Assembly: GCA_049840735.1 (NCBI GenBank)
Contig: JASGJN010000026.1
Location: forward strand, 448,001-512,000
From: Anaeromyxobacter sp.
Lineage (GTDB): Bacteria > Myxococcota > Myxococcia > Myxococcales > Anaeromyxobacteraceae
Length of the DNA: 64,000 bases
Reading direction: 5' to 3'
Below, one piece after another: positions 9,253-22,530 of the stretch. The notes under the pieces were generated by a model. The model saw only the letters and a program-made list of their open reading frames with translations. It was not told where the DNA came from and made no database searches. The translations under genes and the position numbers were made by a program. Each line of letters begins with the position of its first letter. Position 1 is the first letter of the stretch.

Positions 9253-10070
9253 GCTGGCACGATTGGGAGGACGCGCCCTTCCCGCAGGACGTCTGGGACC
9301 AGCTCGCGGCGGTGATCACCGCCGCCGCCGACGAGGTGCGGGCGGGGCGCCGGCTGCTGGAGCGGGTGGGGCCGCTCGGGTTCGGCGCGCGCGCCGGCGT
9401 GGCCGAGGACGAGCCGGCGCTGGAGGCGGACGAGGCGGAGCGGCGCGCCCACGTGCACGTCCCGCGCGTGCGGGCGCTGCCGGTGATCCACCGCACCTTC
9501 TCGCTGGGCGCCCGGGCCATCGAGGCGCTGGGGGCGCGCGGCGAGCCGCTCACGCTCACCGAGGCGGCCGAGGCGGCCCGCCAGGTGGCGCGCGCGGAGG
9601 ACCACCTGCTCTTCGCCGGGAACGCGCGGGCAGGGGTGCGGGGGCTGCTCGAGCACGAGGGCGCCGTGCCGCTGCCGCTGGGGGACTGGACCGACCCCGG
9701 ACGCGCCGCCGACGCGCTGCTGGAGGCCGCGGCCAGCCTGGACCAGGCCGGGCGGCACGGCCCCTACGCGGTGGCGCTGGCGCCGGCCCGCTGGTACCAG
9801 CTGTTCCGGCCGCACCCGGGCAGCGGGCTCACGCCCTACCAGCAGCTCCAGCCGGTCTTCGCCGGCGGGCTGGTCAAGGCGCCGGCGCTGCAGGAGGCCG
9901 TGGTGGTGGTGACCCGCTCGGCCTCCGGGCCGCGCGTGGTGGTGGGGCAGGACCTGGCCGCCACCTACGACGGGCGCGAGGGGATCTTCCACCGCCTCTC
10001 GCTGGTCGAGTCGGTGACGCTGCTCCCCGGGGTGCCGGGGTCGGTCGCGATCCTGCGCGGCGCACCCTGA
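9249..10070 (+). CDS. Family 1 encapsulin shell protein (Linocin_M18/HK97 fold), 273 aa
   Basis: ATG at 9249 in an ATGA overlap. Motifs APF..W, GRRLLERVGPLGFG, ARAEDHLLFAG, GPYAVAL, VVGQDL..Y, ES.TL. Confidence 0.9.
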   Translation: MSWHDWEDAPFPQDVWDQLAAVITAAADEVRAGRRLLERVGPLGFGARAGVAEDEPALEADEAERRAHVHVPRVRALPVIHRTFSLGARAIEALGARGEPLTLTEAAEAARQVARAEDHLLFAGNARAGVRGLLEHEGAVPLPLGDWTDPGRAADALLEAAASLDQAGRHGPYAVALAPARWYQLFRPHPGSGLTPYQQLQPVFAGGLVKAPALQEAVVVVTRSASGPRVVVGQDLAATYDGREGIFHRLSLVESVTLLPGVPGSVAILRGAP

Positions 10071-10234
10071 GCCGCCCTACCACCTGCGCCCACCTCCGTC
10101 CACCCGGAGTCGACCGGCCCGGAGTCGACCGGACCGCAAGTAAACGTCCGCGGCCCCCTTCCGCGCGGCCGGTCCGGTGTGCTGGGATCGGTGGCCTGGG
10201 CGGGGGCGGCGCGCGCCCCCGGGGATGAGGTCCG

Positions 10235-10822
10235 ATGCCGACCGACAAGCAGGATCTGAAGGAGCGGGTCGCCCGCGCCACCGCGCGGGAGGGCGACACC
10301 ACCCGCGGGCTCAACTTCAACACCGTCTTCACGCTGGTGCGGGAGGAGCTGGGGGCGGAGGCGGCCAAGGCGGTCGATCCCACCGGCAAGGGCTCCCGCG
10401 TGGACTTCTTCTCCTACGCCATGGCCGACTACCTCTGGATCACCTGGAACGCGGCCGACCGGCTGGAGAAGCGGCTGGGCGGCGTGGAGGCGGTGTTCCG
10501 GGAGCTGGGCAAGCGCACCGTCACCGGGTTCCTGGGCTCGGCGCTGGGGCGCACCGTCTTCGCCATCGCGGGGCGCGATCCGCGCCGCGTGATCTCGGCC
10601 GGTCCCGCCGGCTACCGCTCGGCGGTCGGCTACGGCGATCGGCGCGTGGAGTGGCTGGGCGAGCGCGAGGCGCGCTTCGTGTTCCAGGGCGACTACATGC
10701 CGCCGGCCTTCCACGCCGCGGTGATCGAGACGGCGCTGCTCTCCACCGACGCGGTCTCGCCGCGCGTGGTGGGGCGCTCCACGGGGCCGCTCGACTCGGA
10801 ATACCTGATCAGCTGGAGCTGA
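10235..10822 (+). CDS. DUF2378 / TIGR02265-like myxobacterial protein
   Basis: DTTRGLNFN, VDFFSY, FLGSALGRT, YRSAVGYG.R, MPPAFH, Y.ISW pattern typical of this family. Confidence 0.75.
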   Translation: MPTDKQDLKERVARATAREGDTTRGLNFNTVFTLVREELGAEAAKAVDPTGKGSRVDFFSYAMADYLWITWNAADRLEKRLGGVEAVFRELGKRTVTGFLGSALGRTVFAIAGRDPRRVISAGPAGYRSAVGYGDRRVEWLGEREARFVFQGDYMPPAFHAAVIETALLSTDAVSPRVVGRSTGPLDSEYLISWS

Positions 10823-10926
10823 GCGGCAGGGGGCGTGGAGGACGGGGCCCCGGCCATGGCCGCGGCGATCGCGTGCCCCACGCCCCGGGGCTTGGATCCG
10901 CCCGGGCGGCCTGCTACCACCGCCCG

Positions 10927-11772
10927 ATGGCCCAGCCGGCTCCGCAGGGCGAGGTCGAGGCGGTCGCGCGCAGGATCGCGGCCGCCTACGCGGCGATCCC
11001 CGAGGTCGAGGCGGTGGCCATGGGCGGCTCCTGGGCCACCGGCCAGGCCACCGCCGGCTCCGACATCGACCTGTACGTCTACGCCCGCGGCGGCGAGCCG
11101 GCCCTGGGCGCGCGCGCCGGGGCGGCGGCCGGGAGCCCCCGGGCCGAGCTGGGCAACCACTTCTTCGAGCCGGGCGACGAGTGGATCGACGCGGCCAGCG
11201 GCATCCACCTGGACGTGATGTTCCGCGATCCGGCCTGGATCGAGGCAGATCTGGAGCGCGTGCTGGTGCGCCACGAGGCGTGGGTGGGCTACTCCACGGC
11301 CTTCTGGCACAACCTCCGGACCGCCGTCCCGCTCTTCGACCGGAGCGGCTGGTACGCGGCGCTGCGGGCCCGCGCCGCCGCGCCGTACCCCGCGCCGCTG
11401 GTGCAGGCCATCGTGGCCAAGAACCAGCCCCTGCTGCGCGCCTCGCTCTCCTCCTACGCCTACCAGCTGGAGCGGGCGGTGGCGCGGGCCGATCGCGTGT
11501 CGGTGAACCACCGCGTGGCCGCCTTCCTGGCCAGCGTCTTCGACGTGCTCCTGGCGGTGAACCGGCTGCCGCACCCCGGCGAGAAGCGGCTGCTGGCTTT
11601 CGTCGAGGCGAGCTGTCCGATCCGGCCGCCTGCGCTGTCTTCCCTGGTGGAGCGGTTGCTGGAGGCGGCGGGTCGGGGCGGGCCGGAGGTGCTGGCCGCG
11701 GCGGACGCGCTCGCCGCGGCGCTGGACGCGCTGCTGCAGGCCGAGGGGCTGCTGCCGGCCTGGCCGGCGTGA
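10927..11772 (+). CDS. Nucleotidyltransferase-domain protein (DUF4037-like)
   Basis: GGS.ATG...SDIDLYVY pol-beta-fold motif and HPGEKRL. ATG at 10927. Confidence 0.75.
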   Translation: MAQPAPQGEVEAVARRIAAAYAAIPEVEAVAMGGSWATGQATAGSDIDLYVYARGGEPALGARAGAAAGSPRAELGNHFFEPGDEWIDAASGIHLDVMFRDPAWIEADLERVLVRHEAWVGYSTAFWHNLRTAVPLFDRSGWYAALRARAAAPYPAPLVQAIVAKNQPLLRASLSSYAYQLERAVARADRVSVNHRVAAFLASVFDVLLAVNRLPHPGEKRLLAFVEASCPIRPPALSSLVERLLEAAGRGGPEVLAAADALAAALDALLQAEGLLPAWPA

Positions 11773-11897
11773 ATCTGCGGGGCCGACTTCTCGTCGGATT
11801 TTTGGGAAAGGGAGCTAGCGCGATGTGTCATGAGGCAGAACGTCACGGCCCCGGCTGGGGCTCCGATCAACTCGGCTGCTCAGGCCAATATGCGCGG

Positions 11898-13400
11898 ATG
11901 CACGCGACCCGCTGGGCGTTCCTCGCGGCCTTCCTGGCCGCGTTCACTGCATGTGCGCACGGTCCCTCCGTCACCGGCGCTGGCGGTGAGCCGAAGCCGC
12001 TGCCGGCGCGCCCGTGGGGCGACGAGGTCCTCTACTTCGTGCTGGTCGATCGCTTCGCCGACGGCGATCCCGCCAACAACATCAAGGTGAAGGACGAGCA
12101 GGGCTACTTCCACGGCGGCGACCTCAAGGGCCTCACGCAGCACCTGGACGAGATCGCCGACCTGGGCGTGAGCGCCATCTGGATCAACCCGGTCCTGACG
12201 CAGGTGAAGGGCTACGTCACCGGCGCGGGCTTCGAGGACTGGGCCTACCACGGCTACTGGGCCGACGGGTACGACACGGTCGATCCGCGCTTCGGCACCG
12301 AGCAGGACCTGAAGGACTTCGTCAACGCCTGCCACGCGCGCGGCATCCGCGTGCTGCTGGACGTCGTCTACAACCACGTCGGCTACGACTCGACCTTCAT
12401 CTACAAGAAGGAGACCCGGAACCTCTTCCGGTCCGGGATCAACGGCCAGTGCGGCGAGGGCGACGACCTCACCGCGTGCCTGGCCGGCCTGCCCGACTGG
12501 AAGACCGAGGAGGAGCCGGTCCGGCAGTTCCTGTTCGCGAAGCAGCTGGCCTGGGCCAGCAAGTACGGCTTCGACGGCTACCGGCTGGACACGGTCAAGC
12601 ACGTGGAGCCCGACTTCTGGGTCGAGCACTCGAAGCTTGTCGATCAGCAGCTGGGCAAGGACTTCTTCCTGCTGGGCGAGGTCTTCGGCGGGAACAAGGA
12701 GTCGCTCTCGCCCTACTTCGAGGACGACGCGCTGGACGCCGGGTTCGACTTCGAGTTCCAGGGCCAGGCCACCGCCTGGGGCATGGGCCGGATGCGCAGC
12801 GTCGCGATGGCGAAGTACCTCGAGACCCGCCACCGCATCCCGAAGAACCGGTGGATGGCCCAGTTCCTCTCCTCGCACGACGTGACCGGCGCCCTGAAGC
12901 TGGCCGGCGGCGACGTGGACGCCTTCCGGCTGGCGGCCACGCTGCAGCTCACCGCCATGGGCATCCCGACCATCTACTACGGCGAGGAGGTGGCCCGGGA
13001 CATCGGCCAGTGGCCCGCCAACCGCTCCGACATGCCCTGGGGCGACAAGGCCATCGAGCCCGGCGCCGGCAAGCCGCGGAACGAGGCGCTGCGGGCGTAC
13101 TACAGGCAGCTGATCGGTATCCGCCGCGCCCACACCGCCTTCTCCCGCGGCACGCAGGAGAAGGTCTTCGCTGACGGTGACGTCCTGGCCTTCCTTCGCC
13201 GTGACACGAATGACGCGGTGGTGGTCTGCCTGAACCGGGGCACACAGCCTGCCACCCTCAAGGTACCGGCTCCCAAGGAATGGGGACAGGGCACGGTCAC
13301 CGAGCTGATCGAGGGCAAGAAGGTTGCCGTGACCGAAGGTTCGGTCGATCTGGTGATCCCGCCTAAAAGCGCCCGGATCCTGGGCACGAAGGCGCGGTAG
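11898..13400 (+). CDS. GH13 alpha-amylase-family lipoprotein
   Basis: Lipobox FTAC. DRFADGD, GGDLKG, YHGYW, DVVYNH, GYRLDTVKH (nucleophile), GEVF, SHD, YYGEE. Confidence 0.9.
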   Translation: MHATRWAFLAAFLAAFTACAHGPSVTGAGGEPKPLPARPWGDEVLYFVLVDRFADGDPANNIKVKDEQGYFHGGDLKGLTQHLDEIADLGVSAIWINPVLTQVKGYVTGAGFEDWAYHGYWADGYDTVDPRFGTEQDLKDFVNACHARGIRVLLDVVYNHVGYDSTFIYKKETRNLFRSGINGQCGEGDDLTACLAGLPDWKTEEEPVRQFLFAKQLAWASKYGFDGYRLDTVKHVEPDFWVEHSKLVDQQLGKDFFLLGEVFGGNKESLSPYFEDDALDAGFDFEFQGQATAWGMGRMRSVAMAKYLETRHRIPKNRWMAQFLSSHDVTGALKLAGGDVDAFRLAATLQLTAMGIPTIYYGEEVARDIGQWPANRSDMPWGDKAIEPGAGKPRNEALRAYYRQLIGIRRAHTAFSRGTQEKVFADGDVLAFLRRDTNDAVVVCLNRGTQPATLKVPAPKEWGQGTVTELIEGKKVAVTEGSVDLVIPPKSARILGTKAR

Positions 13401-13567
13401 CCGATCGAGGTATTGACGAAACGCGAAATTGGAAATTCGGCGCCGGACAATGCAGTGGCGAATCGTCCGGTACCCATTTGGCCTTTACCTGCGGCCCCCG
13501 ATCGGGTTTAAGACGAGCACGCTTTCCGACGGGCCTGGCCGCAGTACTCGCTGAGCAGGGGTGTGAC

Positions 13568-14656
<1,089 letters not shown>

Positions 14657-14691
14657 AGCGCACCCGGTCCCGCAGGCAGGAGGTGGTGACG

Positions 14692-15892
14692 ATGAGGAAG
14701 CTGTCTCTGCTCGCCCTCGCCGTTCTTGGGCTCGCCGCGCTCCCCGCAGCGGCCGCCGATCTGGTCGTGTGGCACGCGTACCGCGGCGCCGAGAAGGTGG
14801 CGTTCGAGAAGGTGGTCGCGAACTACAACGCCCGGCCCGGCGCCAAGGCGAAGGTCGCGCCGCTGGCCGTCCCGTACGACGCGTTCGCCGACAAGATCTC
14901 GGCGGCCGTGCCCCGCGGCAAGGGCCCCGACGTCTTCATCTACGCGCAGGACCGCCTGGGCGGGTGGATCGAGGCCGGCAAGACGGTGGAGCCGATCGAC
15001 TTCTACGTCGACGACGCCATCCGCTCCCGGTACATCCCGACCACGCTCGACGCGATGACCTACAACGGCAGCCTCTGGGGCCTGCCGCTGAACTACAAGG
15101 TCGTCAGCCTCATCTACAACAAGAAGCTGGTCCCGACGCCGCCCAAGACCACCAACGACCTGGTGGCGCTGGCCAAGAAGCTGACCAACAAGACCAGCGG
15201 CAAGTTCGGCCTCGCCTACGAGTACGGCAACTTCTACTTCAACGCGATCCTCTTCAACGGGTTCGGTGGCGGCGTCTTCGACGCCAAGGGCAACCCCACC
15301 ATGAACTCGCCCGAGAACATCAAGGCCTTCGAGTACCTGATGAAGTGGAAGGGCATGGGGTTCCTCCCCCGCCGAGCCCTCGCCCACCCTGATCACCTCG
15401 CTCTTCAACGAGGGCAAGGCCGCCATCGTCTTCTCCGGCCCCTGGTTCCTCGGTGAGGTCGCCCCGGACATCGAGTACGGCGTCGCGCCGCTGCCGATGA
15501 TCTCCGAGATCAACAAGCCCCTGCGCCCGTGGATGACGGTCGAGGGCGTGTACGTGACGGCCGGCTCGCAGCAGAAGGAGGCCGCCTTCGACTTCGCCAA
15601 GTACCTGACCGACGTCGACGCGGCCAAGATCATGGCGCTCGAGGGCCGGCAGAGCCCCGCCAACGCCAAGGTCTACGAGGACTCCAAGGTCGCGAGCGAC
15701 GCCATCCTGGCCGGCTTCCGCAAGCAGGTCGAGGTGGGCATCCCGATGCCGAACGTCCCCGAGATGACGATGGTCTGGTCCCCCGCGACCACGGCCGGGA
15801 ACACCATCCTCCGCGGCACGCCGCCGAAGGATGCCCTCGCCAAGGCCCAGGCCACGGTCGTCAAGGACGTGCAGGGCCTCCGCAAGAAGTAA
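14692..15892 (+). CDS. malE: Maltodextrin-binding protein (apparent +1 frameshift in a C run at ~15366)
   Basis: Signal peptide, LVVWH, GKGPDVFIYAQDRLGGW, LIYNK. After the frameshift: LFNEGKAAIVFSGPWF, PMPNVPEM..VW. Confidence 0.85.
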
Positions 15893-15953
15893 GTGAACCA
15901 TTGCCGCGGGGTCCGCGCCGAGCGGACCCCGCGGTGCACCGCTGGAAGCGAAC

Positions 15954-17943
15954 GTGACCACGACGACGAAGACACCTTCGTATCGCCATCGGTTCCTGGC
16001 CGGCCTGGCCGCTGCCGCCCTGCTGGGCGCCGGGCTCGGGCACGTGGCCCTGCAGGCCGGTCGCGACTCGATCGTGGGCGCTCGCGAGCAGCGGAAGGCC
16101 ACGGCCTCCGCGCTCATGCTGGCCGACCTGGTGCAGCGCGCCGGTGGCAAGGGCGACCAGGTCCGCCAGGTCGTGGACACCTGGGCCAGCCAGGCGCCCA
16201 AGCCGGCCGCCGCCCAGGTCATCCTGCTCAGCCCGCCCACCATGGAGGCCTTCGCCGCCAGCGGTCCGGGCGCGCCGCCGGTGGGCGACCCCGCGCCGCG
16301 CGACCTGCGCCGGGCGGGCCCCAACACCGAGAAGCCGCTCTACGACCTCGTCCAGGGGCTGCGCGCCGCGGTCGGCAACAACCGCGACGGCGTGAGCGCC
16401 ACCAAGCGCGAGATTCGAGGTGGTCTCCGACGGCGACCGCCTCGCGGTGGCCGTGCCGCTGGAGCAGCAGGGCGCCGACGGCGCCGCCGCCGACGTGATC
16501 GGCGCGGTCCGCATCCTGGTCCCCGCCGAGCCCGCCGGGGCCACCCCGCTGTGGCCGCTGCTGCTGGCCATCCTGGCGCCGGTGGCGGTGATCGCGGCGG
16601 CGCTGCGCTTCCTGCCCGACCGCGCCTGGCCGATGTTCGCCGCCACGGCGGTGGCGCTGGCCCTGTCGCTGGGCGCCTACTTCGTCTGGGCCCGCGGTGA
16701 GGCGCAGGACGCGCGGGTCGACGCGCACCAGGACGTCTCGAAGCACGTGAAGGCGCTGCAGGCCGAGGCCATCACCATCTCCAACAGCCACGGCATCGCC
16801 GCCACGGCCGTCCCCCCGGGCAGCTGGGACGCCGGCCCGGAGCGCCGCCCGCTGGGCTACCTGCAGCCCAACGGCGACCTGGACCGGGCCCGGATCGACG
16901 CCACCGGCGCCGAGGCGGACGGCTCGGTCCTGCGGGTGATCTGGGTGCTGGCCGGCCTGGCGCTGTTCGTGCTCGCCACCGTCGGCTTCGGCGGCGTCCA
17001 CAAGGTGGCCGCGGGCTTCTGGAAGCACCGCACGGCCTACGGCTACATCACGCCGGCCATGGTGGGCGTGACGCTGCTGGTCTTCTTCCCGTTCTTCTAC
17101 GGCGTGACGCTGTCGTTCACGAGCAGCGACCTGCACACGGTCCACGCCTCGCCGTTCGACATCTGGATCGGCCTGCGCAACTACGCCACCATCCTCGGCG
17201 ACTGGCAGGTCGCGACCATCACGCCGGCCGGCGAGCTGTCGCTCAACTTCACCAACTTCTATTACACGTTCCTGTTCACGGTCCTCTGGACGGTCACCAA
17301 CGTCGCCATCGGCGTCACCGGCGGCCTGATCCTGGCCCTGATCCTGAACACCAAGGGGCTGGCCCTGCGCCCCATCTACCGGGTGGTGCTGATCCTCCCG
17401 TGGGCCATGCCGAACTACATCACCGCGCTGATCTGGCGCGGCATGTTCCACCGCCAGTTCGGCGTGGTGAACAACTTCCTGGCCATCTTCGGGGTGGAGC
17501 CGCTCAGCTGGTTCGACAACCCGGTCACCAGCTACCTGACCGCGCTCGCCACCAACGGCTGGCTCTCGTTCCCCTTCATGATGGTGGTCTCGCTGGGCGC
17601 CCTGCAGTCCATCCCGGCCGACATCTACGAGGCGGCCCGCGTGGACGGCGCCACCCGCTGGCAGCAGTTCAAGGCCATCACGCTGCCGTCGCTCAAGCCT
17701 GCGCTGGTCCCGGCCATCATCCTGTCGGTGGTCTGGACCTTCAACATGTTCAACGTCATCTACCTGGTGACGGGCGGTGAGCCGGGCGGCGCGACCGACA
17801 TCCTGGTGACCCAGGCGTACAAGTACGCGTTCCAGCAGTACCGCTACGGCTACGCGGCCGCGTACTCCACCATCATCTTCGGGATCCTGCTCGTGTACGG
17901 CGTGTTCCAGAACCGCATGACCAAGGCGTCGGAGGGCATCTAG
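15954..17943 (+). CDS. malF: Maltodextrin ABC permease MalF-like with long N-terminal extension (apparent frameshift ~16414)
   Basis: ORF 15954 joins ORF 16420 if AGATTCG is read as AGATCG. C-terminal half has ILPWAMP, EAA motif YEAARVDGA, FNMFN. Confidence 0.8.
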
Positions 17944-17945
17944 CC

Positions 17946-18839
17946 ATGGCGACGACGAAGCGAAGCCGCCGGGGCGACGAGCTGCCGCACGCGCCGCTGC
18001 ACGTGCTGCTGGTGCTGGCGGTCTTCACCACGCTCTACCCGATCTTCTGGGTGCTCACGATCGCGTTCTCGGGCCGCCAGAGCCTGGCCATCGCCGATCT
18101 GCCGTCCGACCCGACCACCTGGGACCGCCTGCGCGCGGTCATGCCCTGGCCGGCGCACTTCTCGCTCCAGAACTTCGCCTCCGTGTTCTCGGATCAGCCG
18201 TTCATGCTCTGGATCCTGAACTCGGCGGTGGTCTCGGTGGCCACCACGGCCCTGGGCGTGTTCCTGGCCTGCACCGCCGGCTACGCCTTCTCCCGGTTCA
18301 AGTTCCCGGGGCGGCAGACCGGCATGATGTCCTTCCTGGTCTCGCAGATGTTCCCCGGGACCCTGATGCTGATCCCCCTCTACATCATCATCGTCAAGTG
18401 GCTGGGTCTGGGGAACTCCCGCACCGGCCTGGTCATCGTCTACGCGACGACCTCCATCCCGTTCTGCGTCTGGATGCTCAAGGGATATTTCGATACCATC
18501 CCGAAGGAGCTCGAGGAGGCAGCGGTGATCGAGGGCGCTGGGCCTGCGCGCATCTTCTGGACCGTCGTGTTGCCGCTGGCCAAGCCGGCCATCGCGATCA
18601 CGGCCCTGTTCTCCTTCATGACCGCCTGGAACGAGTTCATCCTCGCGGCCACCTTCATGGAGGACGACAAGCTCTACACCGCCCCTGTGGGCCTCCGCTT
18701 CTTCGTGGGCGGCTTCAGCTCGCAGTGGGGCTACTTCGCCGCCGGATCGATCATCGTCTCGGTCCCGGTCGTCTTCCTGTTCCTCTATCTGCAGAAGTAC
18801 CTGGTCTCCGGTCTCACCGCCGGGAGCGTCAAGGGCTAG
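17946..18839 (+). CDS. malG: Maltodextrin ABC permease MalG-like
   Basis: AYAFSRF-like GYAFSRFKF, QMFP, KGYFDTIPKELEEAA, VSGLTAGSVKG. Confidence 0.9.
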   Translation: MATTKRSRRGDELPHAPLHVLLVLAVFTTLYPIFWVLTIAFSGRQSLAIADLPSDPTTWDRLRAVMPWPAHFSLQNFASVFSDQPFMLWILNSAVVSVATTALGVFLACTAGYAFSRFKFPGRQTGMMSFLVSQMFPGTLMLIPLYIIIVKWLGLGNSRTGLVIVYATTSIPFCVWMLKGYFDTIPKELEEAAVIEGAGPARIFWTVVLPLAKPAIAITALFSFMTAWNEFILAATFMEDDKLYTAPVGLRFFVGGFSSQWGYFAAGSIIVSVPVVFLFLYLQKYLVSGLTAGSVKG

Positions 18840-18887
18840 CCACCGCCTCGGGGGCGGGTGCAGCCACTCACAAGGAGGAGTGTAGGT

Positions 18888-21308
<2,421 letters not shown>

Positions 21309-21340
21309 CCTTCACCGCGTAGCTACAGCAGAGGCAGTGA

Positions 21341-21374
21341 GAGGCCGGGAGGGAGGCGACTCCCTCCCGGCCTC
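21341..21374 (+). terminator. Perfect 15-bp stem-loop between lamB and the next gene
   Basis: GAGGCCGGGAGGGAG-GCGA-CTCCCTCCCGGCCTC. It has no clear U tract, so it may be an mRNA-stabilising hairpin rather than a terminator. Confidence 0.55.
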
Positions 21375-21436
21375 GTCGTTCAGCAGGCAGTTGAATACCG
21401 ACCGCTTCGGATCGTCCCGTCTACGGAGGAGAGACC

Positions 21437-21907
21437 ATGATGAAGAAGCTCATGATGCTGTGCGGTCTGCTGGCTGCCGTCGCGTTCGCGCCGGCCACCC
21501 AGGCCGAGGATCTCAAGCTGCCCGAGGGCCAGGTTGCCGTTCACTACTTCCGCGCCGACGGCTCCTACGACGGCTGGGGCCTCCACGTGTGGGAGTCCTT
21601 CCAGGCCAAGGAGGAGGCCGGTGACGAGTTCGCGCTCAAGGAGATGAGCGACCGCCCCCTGCCCGGCGTGACCTGGTTCAAGCCGCTGCCCCAGTCCGGC
21701 AAGGACGACTTCGGCGCGTACTGGCTGCTGCCCGAGAAGGAGTTCAGCAACGGCCGCGTGAACTACATCCTTCACAAGGGCGACAAGAAGGACCAGTGCA
21801 ACAAGGACATGTTCTTCCTGATCAAGGACTCCCGCGAGATCTACATCAACTCCGGTGACTGCTCAATCTACACGTCCAAGGACGCGGCCCTGAAGGCCCG
21901 CAAGTAG
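21437..21907 (+). CDS. Secreted stand-alone pullulanase-associated (CBM41-like) domain protein
   Basis: Signal peptide ending TQA. VHYFRADGSYDGWGLHVW, KDDFGAY, YILHKGDKKD are characteristic of the PUD/CBM41 module. Confidence 0.8.
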   Translation: MMKKLMMLCGLLAAVAFAPATQAEDLKLPEGQVAVHYFRADGSYDGWGLHVWESFQAKEEAGDEFALKEMSDRPLPGVTWFKPLPQSGKDDFGAYWLLPEKEFSNGRVNYILHKGDKKDQCNKDMFFLIKDSREIYINSGDCSIYTSKDAALKARK

Positions 21908-21932
21908 TCGACGCATCCTGCTGTTCCTGGCG

Positions 21933-21971
21933 GAGGCGGCTGGACGGGGTCCGGCCGCCTCTTCCTGTCTT
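21933..21971 (+). terminator. Putative intrinsic terminator of the maltodextrin operon
   Basis: GAGGCGGCTGGAC-GGG-GTCCGGCCGCCTC stem followed by TTCCTGTCTT. Confidence 0.5.
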
Positions 21972-22530
21972 CAGCCCCCTGCGCGGGCCTCCGGCCGCGC
22001 CGCCAGGCTGGGCCAATCGGGCCCGCCGCGCCAGTCGGACGCCGCGCCGGATCCCGCGGGCGCTCCCCGGCGCGCGCGGCCACCGCTCCGCCGTCCGCCA
22101 CCGCTCCAGCGCCGCGGGATCCGATCACCGGTCCGCGCGCTGGGGCCCGGCGGCCCCGGTCAGCCTGGGCGTGAAGGGCTGTACCGGGTCTGCAGGACGC
22201 CGCCCGGTGGACCGGGCCCAAGGCCCGATCCGGCGCAGGTCGAAGGGTCCATTGCGGCCCGTCTGCCTCGGCGATTGGACTGGGGAAATTTCGTTCCAAT
22301 CGTCCCCTGAACTAGGGTCACCCCTCCCACGAAAAGCCTGATAGACGGGGTCAGTGACCCGGGGCGGGTCAACCCGGCTGGACGGAGCACACTCTGCGTG
22401 CGCGTCCAGACGGCCGGAAGGACGGCGATCCTTTGCTCGATGGGGTTGGAGCGCCGTTTGCTGAGGGGGGCCTGGGGCGCCGACCGCTTCGGCTCGCACC
22501 GCTTCACGCTCGTTCCACAGAAAGGCCGAC

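Noticed and set aside
9249..10070. Prophage capsid or bacteriocin
   Set aside because: The HK97-fold/Linocin-like gene is paired with EncFtn and has no phage genes around it, so it is an encapsulin.
10927..11772. MNT-HEPN toxin-antitoxin or CBASS-type defence nucleotidyltransferase
   Set aside because: No partner toxin or effector is adjacent, and the architecture fits a stand-alone DUF4037-like protein.
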